Source of the DNA: Mytilus californianus
Lineage: Eukaryota
Reading direction: 5' to 3'
DNA length: 64,000 nucleotides
Assembly: GCF_021869535.1 (NCBI RefSeq)
Contig: NW_026262712.1
Coordinates: 4,588,001 to 4,652,000 of the forward strand
Within the stretch, counting starts at the first letter, position 1. The number at the start of each line of letters is the position of its first letter. The translations under genes were made by a program, and so were the position numbers. Below, in pieces: positions 12,101-22,842 of this stretch. The notes beneath the pieces were generated by a model. That model was given only the letters and a program-made list of their open reading frames with translations. It did no database searches and had not been told where the DNA came from.

Positions 12101-14669
12101 GCACTTATAGGCAGAATGCTGTGGAGTAGGATCCTTGATAGAATCATCGTTTACCTCCACCAAGTGGTACTCGTCTGGGGATAGATCTGGTAATCGAATC
12201 CCAGTACAGTGTTGTTTATCTCAGTCCGATGTATTCCCGTACTCTACTAGGACAGATAGCCATTGTACATCTTCTATGCTAGATGGATACTTTTACTCAC
12301 AGGTTAGTACTGTTTTCTTTCATTTTTGTGGGAAACAATTTTCGTGAATTGAGGGAAAAATGCGTATTCGTGGATAATTGATTTATTGCTAATTACAAGC
12401 CTATAGAACATTTGTAATTCAATGAATGTTTTAATTCATGGTTCATCTTTACGCATAAACTCCAAGAAAATTAGTATCTCCCGAATGATAATAAATATAA
12501 TTGAAATTTTCTAATAATTGATGTGAACGGTGTCTTGTTTTGTTTACAAAATAATAGCTTTATTCAGGACAATTTCAAACAAATGAAGCAGAACGACACA
12601 ACGAAAAGTAAAAGAACCGTACGAAACTTTACAATTACTATAATGTTAATTATAATGATAATATTCAATTGGAATTCTTATTTTAATTAAACAATTATTT
12701 ACTAAAAGTGATACATAATTTTAAAATCGGCTATAAGTGTGAGGTTCTCAATGAATGACACCGTATGCAAATATGTGTTCAAAAATATTTTGACAATAAT
12801 AGAGTTTAAATTTTAAGCGAAAAGATACATATCATTTTGAAAACAAATAGTAATTCAATCGGAATGAAAACACAATTTACGTGAGATCTCCCCTAAATTT
12901 TGGTGGGGTTCGTTTTGCTTAGTCTTTAGTTTTCTGTGTTGTGTTTTGTGTACTTTTGTGTGTGTGTTGGCATTTATTCTTTTTTAGCCATGACGTTGTC
13001 ACATTGTAGTCGACTTGAATTTTAATTTCCCTCTGGTGTCTTTCGCCTCTCTTTTAATGTCTTTCTTTCATTTAACAAGTTGCTAAATAGAATCAGTGTC
13101 CGCTACATCAAGTAATATGAAAAAATAAAATAATAACAATATATCTTTCAGTCTTGTGATGATGCAGTAGAAAAAAGAATAAAGACATACAGCATAATCT
13201 TCTTTGTTTTCATGGCGATCACCATTTTAACAGAGGTATGTATGGTACTATCAAAAATATTTAAGTCAGATGATGTGATCAAAAGTTCTCTAAATTATTT
13301 CGTAGTTTGATATGGACTTACCATGATATATCAAGTAATTATTCCAATTAACAACACATTTTTGATGCGCTAACGATATCTATATTCAATATAATAAATA
13401 ATTTTGTATGAAACTGGTATTTAGCTAAAAGCTACAGTATATATCAGATTCTACATTAGCACCAACTCAAACAGTTTGAATGGCATGCTAATTAAAAAAA
13501 ATGACTTACATATCCCCGTCTTTAACCAACAATACGGTATTATCCACGTTTAATGGTCTCACATTTTACGGCTGTTATCTGTTCTTTGACCGGGTTGTTG
13601 TCTCTTTGACATGTTCCCCATTTCCATTCTCAATTTTATCATTATGAGCAGGTAACACTTCGGGTAGATAACGAATAGTGCTTCGAGTTTTTTTAATTGT
13701 TCGATGAAACAAATTGGTTTCATTAGTTGTTCAATTGGCATTCAAACATACAGCGTCACAATTATAAAACTAAAATTAAATCAGATTTACATGACAATGT
13801 TAACTATTTTTCGCAATGCAACTGCTGAACTCGTCTTAGCCCTGATCAATACTGTGCCGAAACAAGAGGCAAACACAATAAAGTATGTGAGGAATACACA
13901 TAACAAATGACGTGAAGAATACATATCACATGTATATAAATACATCAATTGCGTTTTTGTGATGTTTGGTTACTGTCATGTTTAATCCACACCTCATTTT
14001 ATTAATGTTTCGCAATTGTATTAAGCCATCTAAATTTCAAGTTTGGAGAATGAAATTGTTATCAATACAGGAATGAACAATGTTATAACAGTTTCTGTAA
14101 ATGTAAGAAATGTGTCATTTGGTACTTATTATAGTGACTATGACTTCACGGGGTAATTTGAAATGAAACTTTAACTCAGAAAATCAAATTTCTAATCATT
14201 TTTTCAGATATGTTGCATTATGATGACTGTATTCAATGTTATAAGATTGAAGAAATTACCCCTGGTTTTTAAAGCTGGTGACGACACAAAAGAAATCATT
14301 AGAGAAAAGGAGAAAAGTATGCTGGAACAATCAATTGGGGATGAAGCAAATAAATCCAGAAACAAAAAAATACAAAAGGATAAGCCAGAAAAAATATCAC
14401 AACTCAAGAAGTCGAAGTCGAGAGGAGCATTTGATTTACAAAAGAAAGAAAGTACAACTATTCAGGAAAATCATGAAGACAAAATTGAATTACAACCTGT
14501 AAAACCGATTGGAATTGAAAACAAAAATAATGCCGCTATCGAAAATAAGCAATTAGACACAGTCTCTGGGACAAAAGTAAATAATGTTGCGGAAGATGAA
14601 ACAGTGGCTGAAAAAGATACCACAGTTAGGGACACCAAGATCGATGATGCAACGGACACAACCAACTAG
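3..14669 (+). CDS. Gene A: triple-tetraspanin (concatenated) membrane protein, 5'-incomplete, 16 visible coding exons
   Basis: Exons 3-119, 1199-1353, 1743-1788, 2930-3160, 4175-4249, 5191-5295, 5892-6059, 6919-7002, 7396-7550, 8600-8645, 9329-9565, 10226-10300, 11213-11341, 12111-12302, 13152-13235, 14208-14669. All have AG/GT ends and compatible phases, total 2361 nt, with no internal stop. Two complete CCG-type tetraspanin modules plus the TM4 end of a third. Confidence 0.88.
237..440 (+). repeat. Abundant interspersed repeat matching the 54770-55075 UTR; other copies at about 10900-11120(-), 12880-13060, 29160-29360, 29695-29910(-), 30860-30980, 35898-36116(-), 40040-40280
   Basis: Shared motifs ggggttcgtgttgct, tttagttttctatg, ggcgttgtcagttt, ggtatctttcg. 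Confidence 0.75.
545..720 (+). mobile_element. Retrozyme/Penelope-associated fragment with decayed type I hammerhead (family 1)
   Basis: gcgtca CTGATGA gtct-tgt-aaac GAAA cgcacg tt ttgcgt at 651-695; stem II and cleavage triplet mutated. Confidence 0.65.
1199..1353 (+). CDS. Gene A exon: linker between repeats 1 and 2
   Basis: tatag|ICSIVAAEYIFRKLEFKEKKPSISENKYYLLLSLKHGILRSLMIFIKDNWS(R)|gtaaaa; 155 nt, phase 0 to 2. Confidence 0.85.
1654..1697 (+). ncRNA. Decayed minimal type I hammerhead motif (family 3)
   Basis: acacca TTGAAGA aaca-ttaat-tgtc GAAA tgcgca tt tggtgc; palindromic stem III; core C-to-T change. Confidence 0.5.
1743..1788 (+). CDS. Gene A exon: repeat 2, start of TM1
   Basis: ttccag|(R)SKVVFASVILKISSL|gtaagt; 46 nt. 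Confidence 0.85.
1830..2230 (-). mobile_element. Retrozyme-like monomer (about 330 bp) bounded by two decayed hammerheads (family 2)
   Basis: Two direct copies of aacac.t.ataa..t..tgcg.c.ga.g.cctt.t.t.gatt.acctt...c.ggaa.gctc at 1836-1897 and 2163-2225; a third copy lies at 911-968. Confidence 0.6.
2930..3160 (+). CDS. Gene A exon: repeat 2, TM1-small loop-TM2
   Basis: ttttag|VAGLGLLGLGLTLIGD...IGICTLLLAVLGLVGSWRKSQRFLIT|gtacgt; 231 nt. Confidence 0.9.
4175..4249 (+). CDS. Gene A exon: repeat 2, TM3
   Basis: ctag|SSVLSFALHIPRIIAVVLWIVFIEE|gtaagc; 75 nt. Confidence 0.85.
5191..5295 (+). CDS. Gene A exon: repeat 2, large loop part 1
   Basis: ttgcag|INDGMKFQLWLQQLGYFYGGNGNEITGKWNDMIMT|gtaaga. 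Confidence 0.88.
5892..6059 (+). CDS. Gene A exon: repeat 2, CCG exon
   Basis: tttcag|LQCCGVNYYSETHTTQGIQFCCKNAH...YFGGCGGYKTD|gtaagc. Confidence 0.92.
6919..7002 (+). CDS. Gene A exon: repeat 2, TM4
   Basis: tttaag|TCAEVILEKTEMFVGWFLTILLLQIVLE|gtatat; 84 nt. Confidence 0.9.
7396..7550 (+). CDS. Gene A exon: linker between repeats 2 and 3
   Basis: ccttag|IIGGLFVNKEYSDILSTEKPDSSTGDEMNTKSVIFRKIFRGMKSFFLSNWK(R)|gtaatt; 155 nt with no stop, phase 0 to 2. Confidence 0.88.
8600..8645 (+). CDS. Gene A exon: repeat 3, start of TM1
   Basis: tatag|(R)SKLTLVRFTSLGTIF|gtaagt; 46 nt. Confidence 0.85.
9329..9565 (+). CDS. Gene A exon: repeat 3, TM1-small loop-TM2
   Basis: ttacag|MCSLVVLCLAINIRYDKVFGNSDIQ...ALPKWKSVLNIV|gtgaga; 237 nt. 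Confidence 0.9.
10226..10300 (+). CDS. Gene A exon: repeat 3, TM3
   Basis: tatag|TAGLLSAVVVANIVQIGLWGKFLAG|gtaagt; 75 nt. Confidence 0.88.
11213..11341 (+). CDS. Gene A exon: repeat 3, large loop part 1
   Basis: taaag|VSSELENELRAQFVSQDGGYQYSQNSATYDTSLSLSWNTLFVQ|gtatga. Confidence 0.88.
12111..12302 (+). CDS. Gene A exon: repeat 3, CCG exon
   Basis: ttatag|AECCGVGSLIESSFTSTKWYSSGDRSGNRIPVQCCLSQSDVFPYSTRTDSHCTSSMLDGYFYSQ|gttagt. Confidence 0.92.
13152..13235 (+). CDS. Gene A exon: repeat 3, TM4
   Basis: tttcag|SCDDAVEKRIKTYSIIFFVFMAITILTE|gtatgt; 84 nt. Confidence 0.9.
14208..14669 (+). CDS. Gene A terminal exon: end of TM4 plus about 140-aa charged cytoplasmic tail
   Basis: tttcag|ICCIMMTVFNVIRLKKLPL...DDATDTTN*; matches ORF 14220-14669. 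Confidence 0.9.
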   Translation: MCCIMMTVFNVIRLKKLPLVFKAGDDTKEIIREKEKSMLEQSIGDEANKSRNKKIQKDKPEKISQLKKSKSRGAFDLQKKESTTIQENHEDKIELQPVKPIGIENKNNAAIENKQLDTVSGTKVNNVAEDETVAEKDTTVRDTKIDDATDTTN

Positions 14670-16855
14670 CAAAATCTAGACAAATAATAATATGAATAGT
14701 TATTACAAGATTGCTAGTTTTACTTTTGACAATGTGCATAATAGAACATAAATCAGTAGAATTTATAAATGTTTTAATTCTGTAGAAGTAACAATGAAGT
14801 ACTTTGCTGTATATTTTTTTCTCGCTTATAAACTAACCAATCGACGCTTGTGTTATGCAGTTGTTGACAAAACGCTCAAAAGTGTGTGAAGAAAGCGGGA
14901 AAAAACAGAATAGTAATTTTTCTCATAATAAAGACAACAACATCAACAATGTTGATTTCGGTAACCATACTAATAAAATATTATTCGAAGCTTGAGTTAT
15001 ACATTTTCAATCATTTTCTGAAAAACTATTTTATTTGTTTTGTTTGTCTTGTTATCATTATTTTATTAATATCAATTTAAAAAAAGCTGTTCAATTTTTT
15101 TTATTTTGCTGCATATTAAAAAAAAAATGGAAAAACATTAACATACAATCTATGAATCTCGTTCCATACACCAATTTGCAAAAGACAGAGGGAAAGGATA
15201 TGATTGTGCGAAAATAACAGTACTTTTACATGCATTCGCGGTCATTTTGAAGTATTTGGATTACAAGTTTTAACCAAAACACGGTATGCTTGCATTTAAT
15301 CACTTTTAGTCTTATTTGTTGATGCATATCTTCCGATTGTTCATATATTTTTTTCCCTGAAGTCTGCAGACTGGTTGCTTCTTATTGTTAAAATAATTTT
15401 AAACTTTAATTGGCTGGGAACAACTACGATCTTGATATTGTGTGTACACATATTCTGTTGGTGAACAGTTTACCGACATCCACATTTGTTTTAATGAATT
15501 GAATCGCTGGAATGCTAGTTTAATGACGTATACACAACATCCCTTCCTGTTATTGTTGATTTTCACATTTTTACTTTAATATAGCGAAACACCAGATGCA
15601 CAGCAATTATTTAGATTTCACAAACCTGTTTGCCTTATATAACTTGAATAAATGAACATTATACTTTTTGTGGACTCGAATTATTCCTACGGTAATATAT
15701 TCCTGGGTTACAAATTCCTAAGTCAGTAGTTGCTAAATATAATGAAAATATATATATATATATATGTTACAATCATGTAGCATGGGAATATATGACTGTA
15801 TTGCTTTAACATGTTTTCAATTTTACACCAAAATATAAGAAAATAGATGTGTAAAAAGAAGATGTGGTATTATTGCCAATGAGACAACTTTCGACAAGAG
15901 ACCAAATGACACAGAAATTAACAACTATAGATCACTGTACGGTCTACGTGTGGTATATTTGATTTTGAAAAAGGTGATTATACTTCTACATTCAATGTTC
16001 ACTGATCTTATATCATTTACTAAAGTTATGATATAAATTGGTAAGTTTTTATAATTGACAAATTTTCCGTTAATTACTTTTAGAATTAAAATAAAATTCG
16101 CAGGCCATGTTGATCTTATATCTTTTTAGTTATTCTGCATTTCCTGTTTGTGCTATAGTCAATCATATACGTCATATATGTATTAAGCCCTGGCATTGCT
16201 GTTTTTATTTTGAGCGTTCTAACTGATGGTTAATGCCCCGAAAAAAGAAGCGCTTCGAATGTACAGAATTTATATTTTTTTTACATTAATTAAAAAATTA
16301 TTATGACACTTAATCTGCGTTTCGCTCGAGCCAACATTACCTAAAATGGTTTTGGTTGTTTTATTTGAGACCAATATGATTATTTAGCACTTCAAGTATT
16401 TATACATCCTTTTGCTTTCAAATTTGGTTTTGAGCGATTTTGACTGATGTTATATTAGTGACCATCGACAAATAAGCATTGACAATGAGTCTTCGTAAGC
16501 TTGATATTCTTTTATACAATACATAGATATTTTAAGGTATAATTTAGAAAGTGCATAATCAATATACAAATACAGCTTTTGTATGAGGTCGATACGAGGT
16601 TATATCGACCTGAAAGAATTGTTTTGACTGATGACTTTAAAGGCTACACTTGTTATATAATTATTGTCATAAAGCCAGAAGTAGAGCAGCAATTCACTTG
16701 ATTGGTTCAGACAATGGTGTCAGAAATTATAAAAATAATCGTGCGATATCACTTTATATCTTCTGTTTTCAGTCTACCATTGAAAATATAGTTGAACATG
16801 TAAGCAAATAGAATTGGTTAGAATATACACAATGTAACATCAATAGCTATGTCAT

Positions 16856-17392
16856 TTATCGATCGTCAACATTGAGACTTGTCATTGTGTCATCCTTCAT
16901 TTGTGTTTTCTTCTTTCTTTTCTTTTTCTTTTTTCTTAACTTCATTTTCGAATGTAATGGAATTGTGTTTCCCTCCAAAGATATGCCTTTGCTCCCTACT
17001 TCATTATCTTGCCCTTTATCCAAATTTACATTCTCTGTCACGTTGTTACCATCATATATCTTCTGATTTGTAGGCATCACATTTTCTTGGTTAAAATATG
17101 TGGAATCGGCCAATGAAACCATAGGTTGTAAAGCCATGGTTTGTGAAAAATTCTTTTCTGTGCTGAGATTTTCAATGTTTGAACACTCTTGTTTGTTAAC
17201 TGAGCTTTCTTTTTCAGTATTTGATTTTTGAACTGTATCTCTATTTTTCCTTTTTGGAGGTTTCTTTTCAGTTTTTGGTGACGTCTTACAGCTAGTCTGT
17301 GTTGTTTCCTTACTACTAACCAACAGTTGTTCTGTAGTTGAAACTCGTCGTGAGGGACATAAACTTAGTGCATTTTTCATAATGAAACAAAT
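16856..17392 (-). pseudogene. Gene B terminal exon: cytoplasmic tail with polybasic run
   Basis: atttag|ICFIMKNALSLCPSRR...KLRKKKKKRKKKTQMKDDTMTSLNVDDR*; matches ORF 16856-17380. Confidence 0.85.
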
Positions 17393-18185
17393 CTAAATAA
17401 AAAACAAAAACACAGTTGTATGTAAAAAGACAAAATTGAAAAACATATATACAAATTCATAAACTGTTTATTTTATTAGCAATTTTTTGTCCGTTTTTTT
17501 TAAATGCCCTTTAACCTCGCTCTTGATTTTGCGTACTTTCTTTTATATGATTACACAACGGATGAGTCTTCTGTGGAAGAAATGATATCCAAGCGTACTT
17601 TTCCCTAGGCCTGGACAATTTAAAATCATTCATTCTAAATCAAATTCACGTCTTTTATAGTCTTTTCCTGCTTTACACGAGAAAGTAATATTAAAGAATT
17701 CATACCTCCCATTAGCAATGATCTATATAAGCATCTCACCCTAGTATTTTTAACCAAAGGAAAATAGTCATGTTCACTTGACGTATTCAAAATTGAATTA
17801 GATGAATATATTATGTTAAGTAAATCATTAAAAAAACATAATTTTGAATGGAGCAACATATCAAAAAGTAAAAAAAATGTGTTTAATCTCAATTGTTTTA
17901 TATAACTGCACATGACTGCAAGTGAACAAATTTCACCATTCTAATTATGCTTAATTTCGTATTAAAAAAATGCATTTCATACTAAAAAAGTATAGTTGTA
18001 AATGAAAAATATGGAACCGTATAAATCCTGTTAATAGAAATAAAATATTCGCAACGGATGCTTATAACTGGTAAACAAGCAAATACAAGCAAATACATTG
18101 ATATCCAATTAACCAAATTTCATTGTTTTTGTATTTTGGCTCATAACATGTTTTAAAAAAATGAGAACAACACGTTATAAAGTTC

Positions 18186-18228
18186 ATGCGTCCGAAGCGC
18201 TTTTCTGGATTTACCTTCAGGAACGCTC
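18186..18228 (-). ncRNA. Hammerhead motif family 2 with a 3-nt core deletion
   Basis: Reverse complement gcgttc CTGA(---)agg taaat cca GAAA agcgct TC ggacgc; stem I intact, catalytic core broken. Confidence 0.6.
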
Positions 18229-18329
18229 AATGTCAAATATTTGAAACCAAGGATAGTGAATATCGATTACGACAACTATTTCCATAGTTTTAAATTGTCG
18301 AATAACTTACGTTTATTAGTTAGGTAAAA

Positions 18330-20500
18330 AAGTAGAGAATAGATCAGGGGAATGTGTTCAAGAGACAACAACCAGACCAAAGAAAAGAAAACAGCCCACA
18401 ACCACCAATGGTTCTTCAATGCAGCTAGAAAATCACGCATCCGGAAGAGGGCTTTAGCTAGTCCCTTAACAGTAATGTATACTTGTTCAGCGAAATGGCC
18501 GCTACAGTAAACTCCGAAACATACAAATTAACCAAATTAACAACAACAAAAAAACACTCAAGAATTACAAAAGATAGAGGGTCTTGACATGTGATAGGCA
18601 TAAGAATGTTGTGAGATTAAACATATTTTGTTTGATATGAATCCTCTGCTATACCTTTGGCCAATGTAGAATAAACTAACATACAGAAAAACGTACAGTA
18701 AAACTCAGTCTAAAAGAAGTTCGAGTCCGATGTTAGAATAGGTAACAGAAAAAACTAAGCATAAGTTAAATACCGAACTCCAAAGTATATTAAAAGCGGA
18801 AAGTCCCTTATCCTATGGCAACATCGAAGCTCAGACAAATCAAATGAATGGAAAACCAACTGTCATATTCCTCACTTGGAGCAGGCATTTTCGTGTGTAG
18901 AAAATGGTGGATTAAATCTGGTTTTAAAGCTAGCTAAACCTCTTGCTTGTATGACTGTCGCATAAAATTCCATTATATTGACAACATTGTGTGAATAAAA
19001 TAACAGACATAAAGGGTAAACATTGGGAAACAGCAGTCATAATTGTGTTACAATCTTAGTCACTATAAAAACCAACAACAATGTCAACAAAGAAAAATAA
19101 AATGGCTTATAGACATTTATAGACAATGCACATAAGCAAACATTAAAGACAAGAATACAAAACATGACCTTAGTCAATAACACAAAGAAGGGTTGTATAA
19201 ATACCGAGCCGAACGAAAAGGATATTATCAAAAATGGACTAAACTGTAAAGGTTAATAATATATAAAGACAACGAAAAAGAACGTAATTATGATGATAAA
19301 CACATAGAATTACTTCAAGACCATCATGTTTTATTTGTAAAGTTGATACGGTATACTTATCTACAAAGTCCTGGTATCTTCTTATAAACTTTTTAGGACA
19401 AAGGACGAGACGTTCTTTTACATAACCCTGGTTCATCAACTTTATGCTCAGACACTGGTGACGTTTTACAGTCTGAGTAGCAGCTACACGCTCTTGAATG
19501 CCAAATGAGTAGAGAAATGTTTATCCCATATGCAGGTGAAGTTTGTATATAACTGCTAAGATTGGGGATTGATAACTTAAAAATTCAAATCGTTTGTCAT
19601 AGATTTTGGTACTGAGACAATCGCTTATGTCACATTCGAGGTATTAGTCTAACAATGACGCAGAGGAAGCCGTGTTTGTTGTTTCTTTAATTTCTAGTTC
19701 TGGAAGACAAAATAATGGAGGCCAATCCGCAAAATCTGGATTGTTAATGGAAACAACATCATCAATATATCTGAATGTGAAATTAAATGATTTGGCTTCT
19801 TTCAATTTTTGTTTTTGACAAGTGTCTGAAGGAACTCCGAACTATATGAAAAACAAAAAGATATCGACAAGGAGACGTGCACAGTTCGTTCCCATGGGAA
19901 TGCCAACAATTTGTTGAAATGTCTACCTCAAAATTCAACAAATATATTGTTAATCAGAAACTCCAGCATACCGATCACTTGTTTGTCGGTTTAGCATGTT
20001 TTACATTTTGTTCCCATTTTTAGCAAATGTCTACCTCAAAATTCAACAAATATATTGTTAATCAGAAACTCCAGCATACCGATCACTTGTTTGTCGGTTT
20101 AGCATGTTTTACATTTTGTTCCCTTTTTTAGCAAAATAACAATGATAACTTTTAATTAACCAAAAACTACCAGCAGTTACTGACACGCTAGCTGAAGACT
20201 TCCATTAGACAGATTGGAGGATTATGTCCTCAGCATACCAAAATCAACCACAATCCCGCCCGTTCGAGGTTTAGTATCATGTAATCATAAATTATACGAG
20301 AAGAACATAACCCGTGTCATTCTGGTGCAAAAAAGGCCATCTTTGATGACTTGACAGCAGTATCGTAATTATATATCTTGTGTATAAATATTAGTTAAAG
20401 GTTTGGTGAGCTTTTGAGGTCAATGACTTTTTCTTGTGCATGGTATATAATATAATTATAATATATGGGATGTGAAATACCTGAATGTATAAGTTTTCTG
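18330..20500 (-). mobile_element. Composite decayed Penelope-like retroelement (RT C-terminal half plus 3' UTR repeats)
   Basis: Frameshifted GIPMGTNC, FNFTFRYIDDV, PELEIKETT, TKIYDKR and KLMNQGYVKERL motifs at 19240-19990. Confidence 0.78.
19917..20133. repeat. Near-perfect 108-bp tandem duplication inside the RT fragment
   Basis: aaatgtctacctcaaaattc...tttttagc occurs at 19917 and 20025. Confidence 0.9.
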
Positions 20501-20698
20501 GACGTTGATTTATATTTATATTTGCAAATGATGTCCTTGTACTTTGGCACTGGCATTAACATACGGATATTGTTTTGATTAAATTTAGCTTTTATAAACT
20601 TTTGTAAATCAATGTAAATTAAAAAATAATATATATACTTCGAAAGTATTTTTTATATATTAGTTTGTGATACTATTTGAAACTAACAATCAATGTAC

Positions 20699-20782
20699 CT
20701 CTGCTACTATAATGATCGAGCTGAATACCATGAAAGGTATACTGTATTCTTGCAATTGGTTTTTGATAGCAGTATCACATCC
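20699..20782 (-). pseudogene. Gene B exon: repeat 3, TM4
   Basis: ctacag|GCDTAIKNQLQEYSIPFMVFSSIIIVAE|gtacat; 84 nt. Confidence 0.9.
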
Positions 20783-21443
20783 CTGTAGCAAACAAGAAAT
20801 GAATGAATATAGATTAATATGAAATACATAATTAGATATAATGTATAAGTAGAAATATTCTTTTATAAGATATTTACGACAATTTGTTTTTAATAATGAG
20901 AAATACTTTCTGGTTTCATTGAGGAAGCAAATAGATTAGTACATGATTTATAAATCGCACGCTATATTTTTAATCACATTCAGATCCAATACATTTCATG
21001 TTAAATGTATTTATTTGTGTATATTTAAAAGACCGCCGTTCAATTTGGATTTTTGATATGTAAGCTCCAAAATTAACATCCCTCCTGTTAAATGGAATCA
21101 TACTTCTGGGACACCGACTCTGCTATTTTTGACATTATTGCCCCTTATTACATCAGTAATGTTAACGTTGAGAAATAAATCCTTAAATTATCTGCTAGCA
21201 GTTCTAAGTCAGGTTTCAATTTTACTCTATATTCACAACCTTGTTTTTAAATGCAAACACACATATTTTATAGTTATTTACTCATGTTACTTTTGTTTGA
21301 TTTATGAATTAGGAATAAATAGCAACATCAAATATTCTATCTAAAGCAGAGTCCTACTGTAAATCTATTTTCATACAGTAAACATGGTAAATTGAATTTA
21401 TCTTTAAACATTGAATTTGAAAAAAAAAACAAAACCCACGTAC

Positions 21444-21640
21444 CTGTGTATAGTATGAACCATGTTAAAGTGAGTTGGTACAATTTTTATCTTCTCTACT
21501 GGTATAAGGATACAGTACCGTACGGATTTACAACATTGTACTGGTATCTGTTGGTTAGCTGTTGAACCTCGGCGACTTGAATACCAGATTGATTCATTTA
21601 ACGACACTATATTGAAAGCTCCTATTCCACAGCATTTTGC
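21444..21640 (-). pseudogene. Gene B exon: repeat 3, CCG exon with frameshift and stop
   Basis: AKCCGIGAFNIVSLNESIWYSSRRGSTANQQIPVQCCKS/-1/..YPYTSREDKNCTNSL*HGSYYTQ|gtacgt; 197 nt where 198 is expected. Confidence 0.85.
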
Positions 21641-21732
21641 CTGACGTGTGAGAATGTATTAATTTATAAACACTGGAAGAACAATTTTCAATATATCTAG
21701 TGGACTAGTGGTAATAGTGCATGAGTTACTTG

Positions 21733-21852
21733 TGTAGTAGAAATGATTGATAAGCTGTCCTGTCTAATAGAAATGATTGACAAGGTGGTAGTTCAGTGGA
21801 AATGATGACTAAGGTATCCTGTGTACAGTAGAAAGATGGATAGGGTGTCCTG
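21733..21852. repeat. Degenerate about 30-bp minisatellite, 4 copies
   Basis: gtagaaatgattgataag.tgtcctgt-like units. Confidence 0.65.
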
Positions 21853-22724
21853 TTTTGTTGTATTATAACTCAAAATATGTATCGGCAGTAATTTGGAATG
21901 ATACTTGTATTTTTAAACCCTTTCTGCAATAATGATTCATTGATATATTCTTCATTTTTCAATATGTAAATAGGTTATTGTTGCAAACGGTTAGAAAATT
22001 AATCCATTATTTTATTCAGACGTCCTAGATATATATCGACATTTTAATAATACGTCAATTCTGATTGGATTACAAGCTACCTCATGTTCTTAAGTAACCG
22101 GTGTTCAATGACAACAAATTCAATCAAGAATTTCTTGGATTTGAATACTATCTTATCACTGATTCTTCTAAAAAGATGTTTTAAAGAATTTCTAAGGAAA
22201 ATAATTTAAGCATGAAGAATTCACAATTTGACAAGAAACTGGGAGGCTATTCACATGAACGTCCTCCCGGAAATGTCATAATATATAAAAAGGTTACGCA
22301 CAAAGAACTTCCTTTAAAAAAATGTCACTTTCAACAGAAACTATCTCAACTCATTGTATATTGCCAGTCAACCTGGATTTGATGAGGACATTACTTTTTA
22401 ATGTAAGCCTTTGTACCAACAACTGAGCTTATTGCTTGCTATTATGTACACTTTCAATGCATCGTTTCATCTTAAAACAGCACTAGATATAATAGTTGTA
22501 AAAGAATGTAGGCATCGTTATACGTACATTTTTGTATAGGTCGCACAGCTAAGGAACATTTGATATCGCTTTATATTTCTCGAGCTGTTTCAGTTCAAGA
22601 CATTATCTATACATGGTGGAATGAGATGAAACAGAATTTGCATTTCTACAGCAACATGAGAGAAAAGTAATCAATATAGCAGCAAACAAATCTCACCTGT
22701 TTAACACGTATATAAACATAATGC

Positions 22725-22842
22725 CCTTGGATGAAGATGTAAGGGTAGATTAACATACGAGTGAAAAAAAATATCACCTGACACGAATTCGAGGTGATAT
22801 TTTTTCCCCAAGTGTTAATCACCCTAACACCTTCATCCAAGG
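22725..22842. repeat. 118-bp near-perfect palindrome (fold-back MITE remnant)
   Basis: ccttggatgaag...aaaaaaatatcacct-loop-aggtgatattttttt...cttcatccaagg. Confidence 0.8.
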
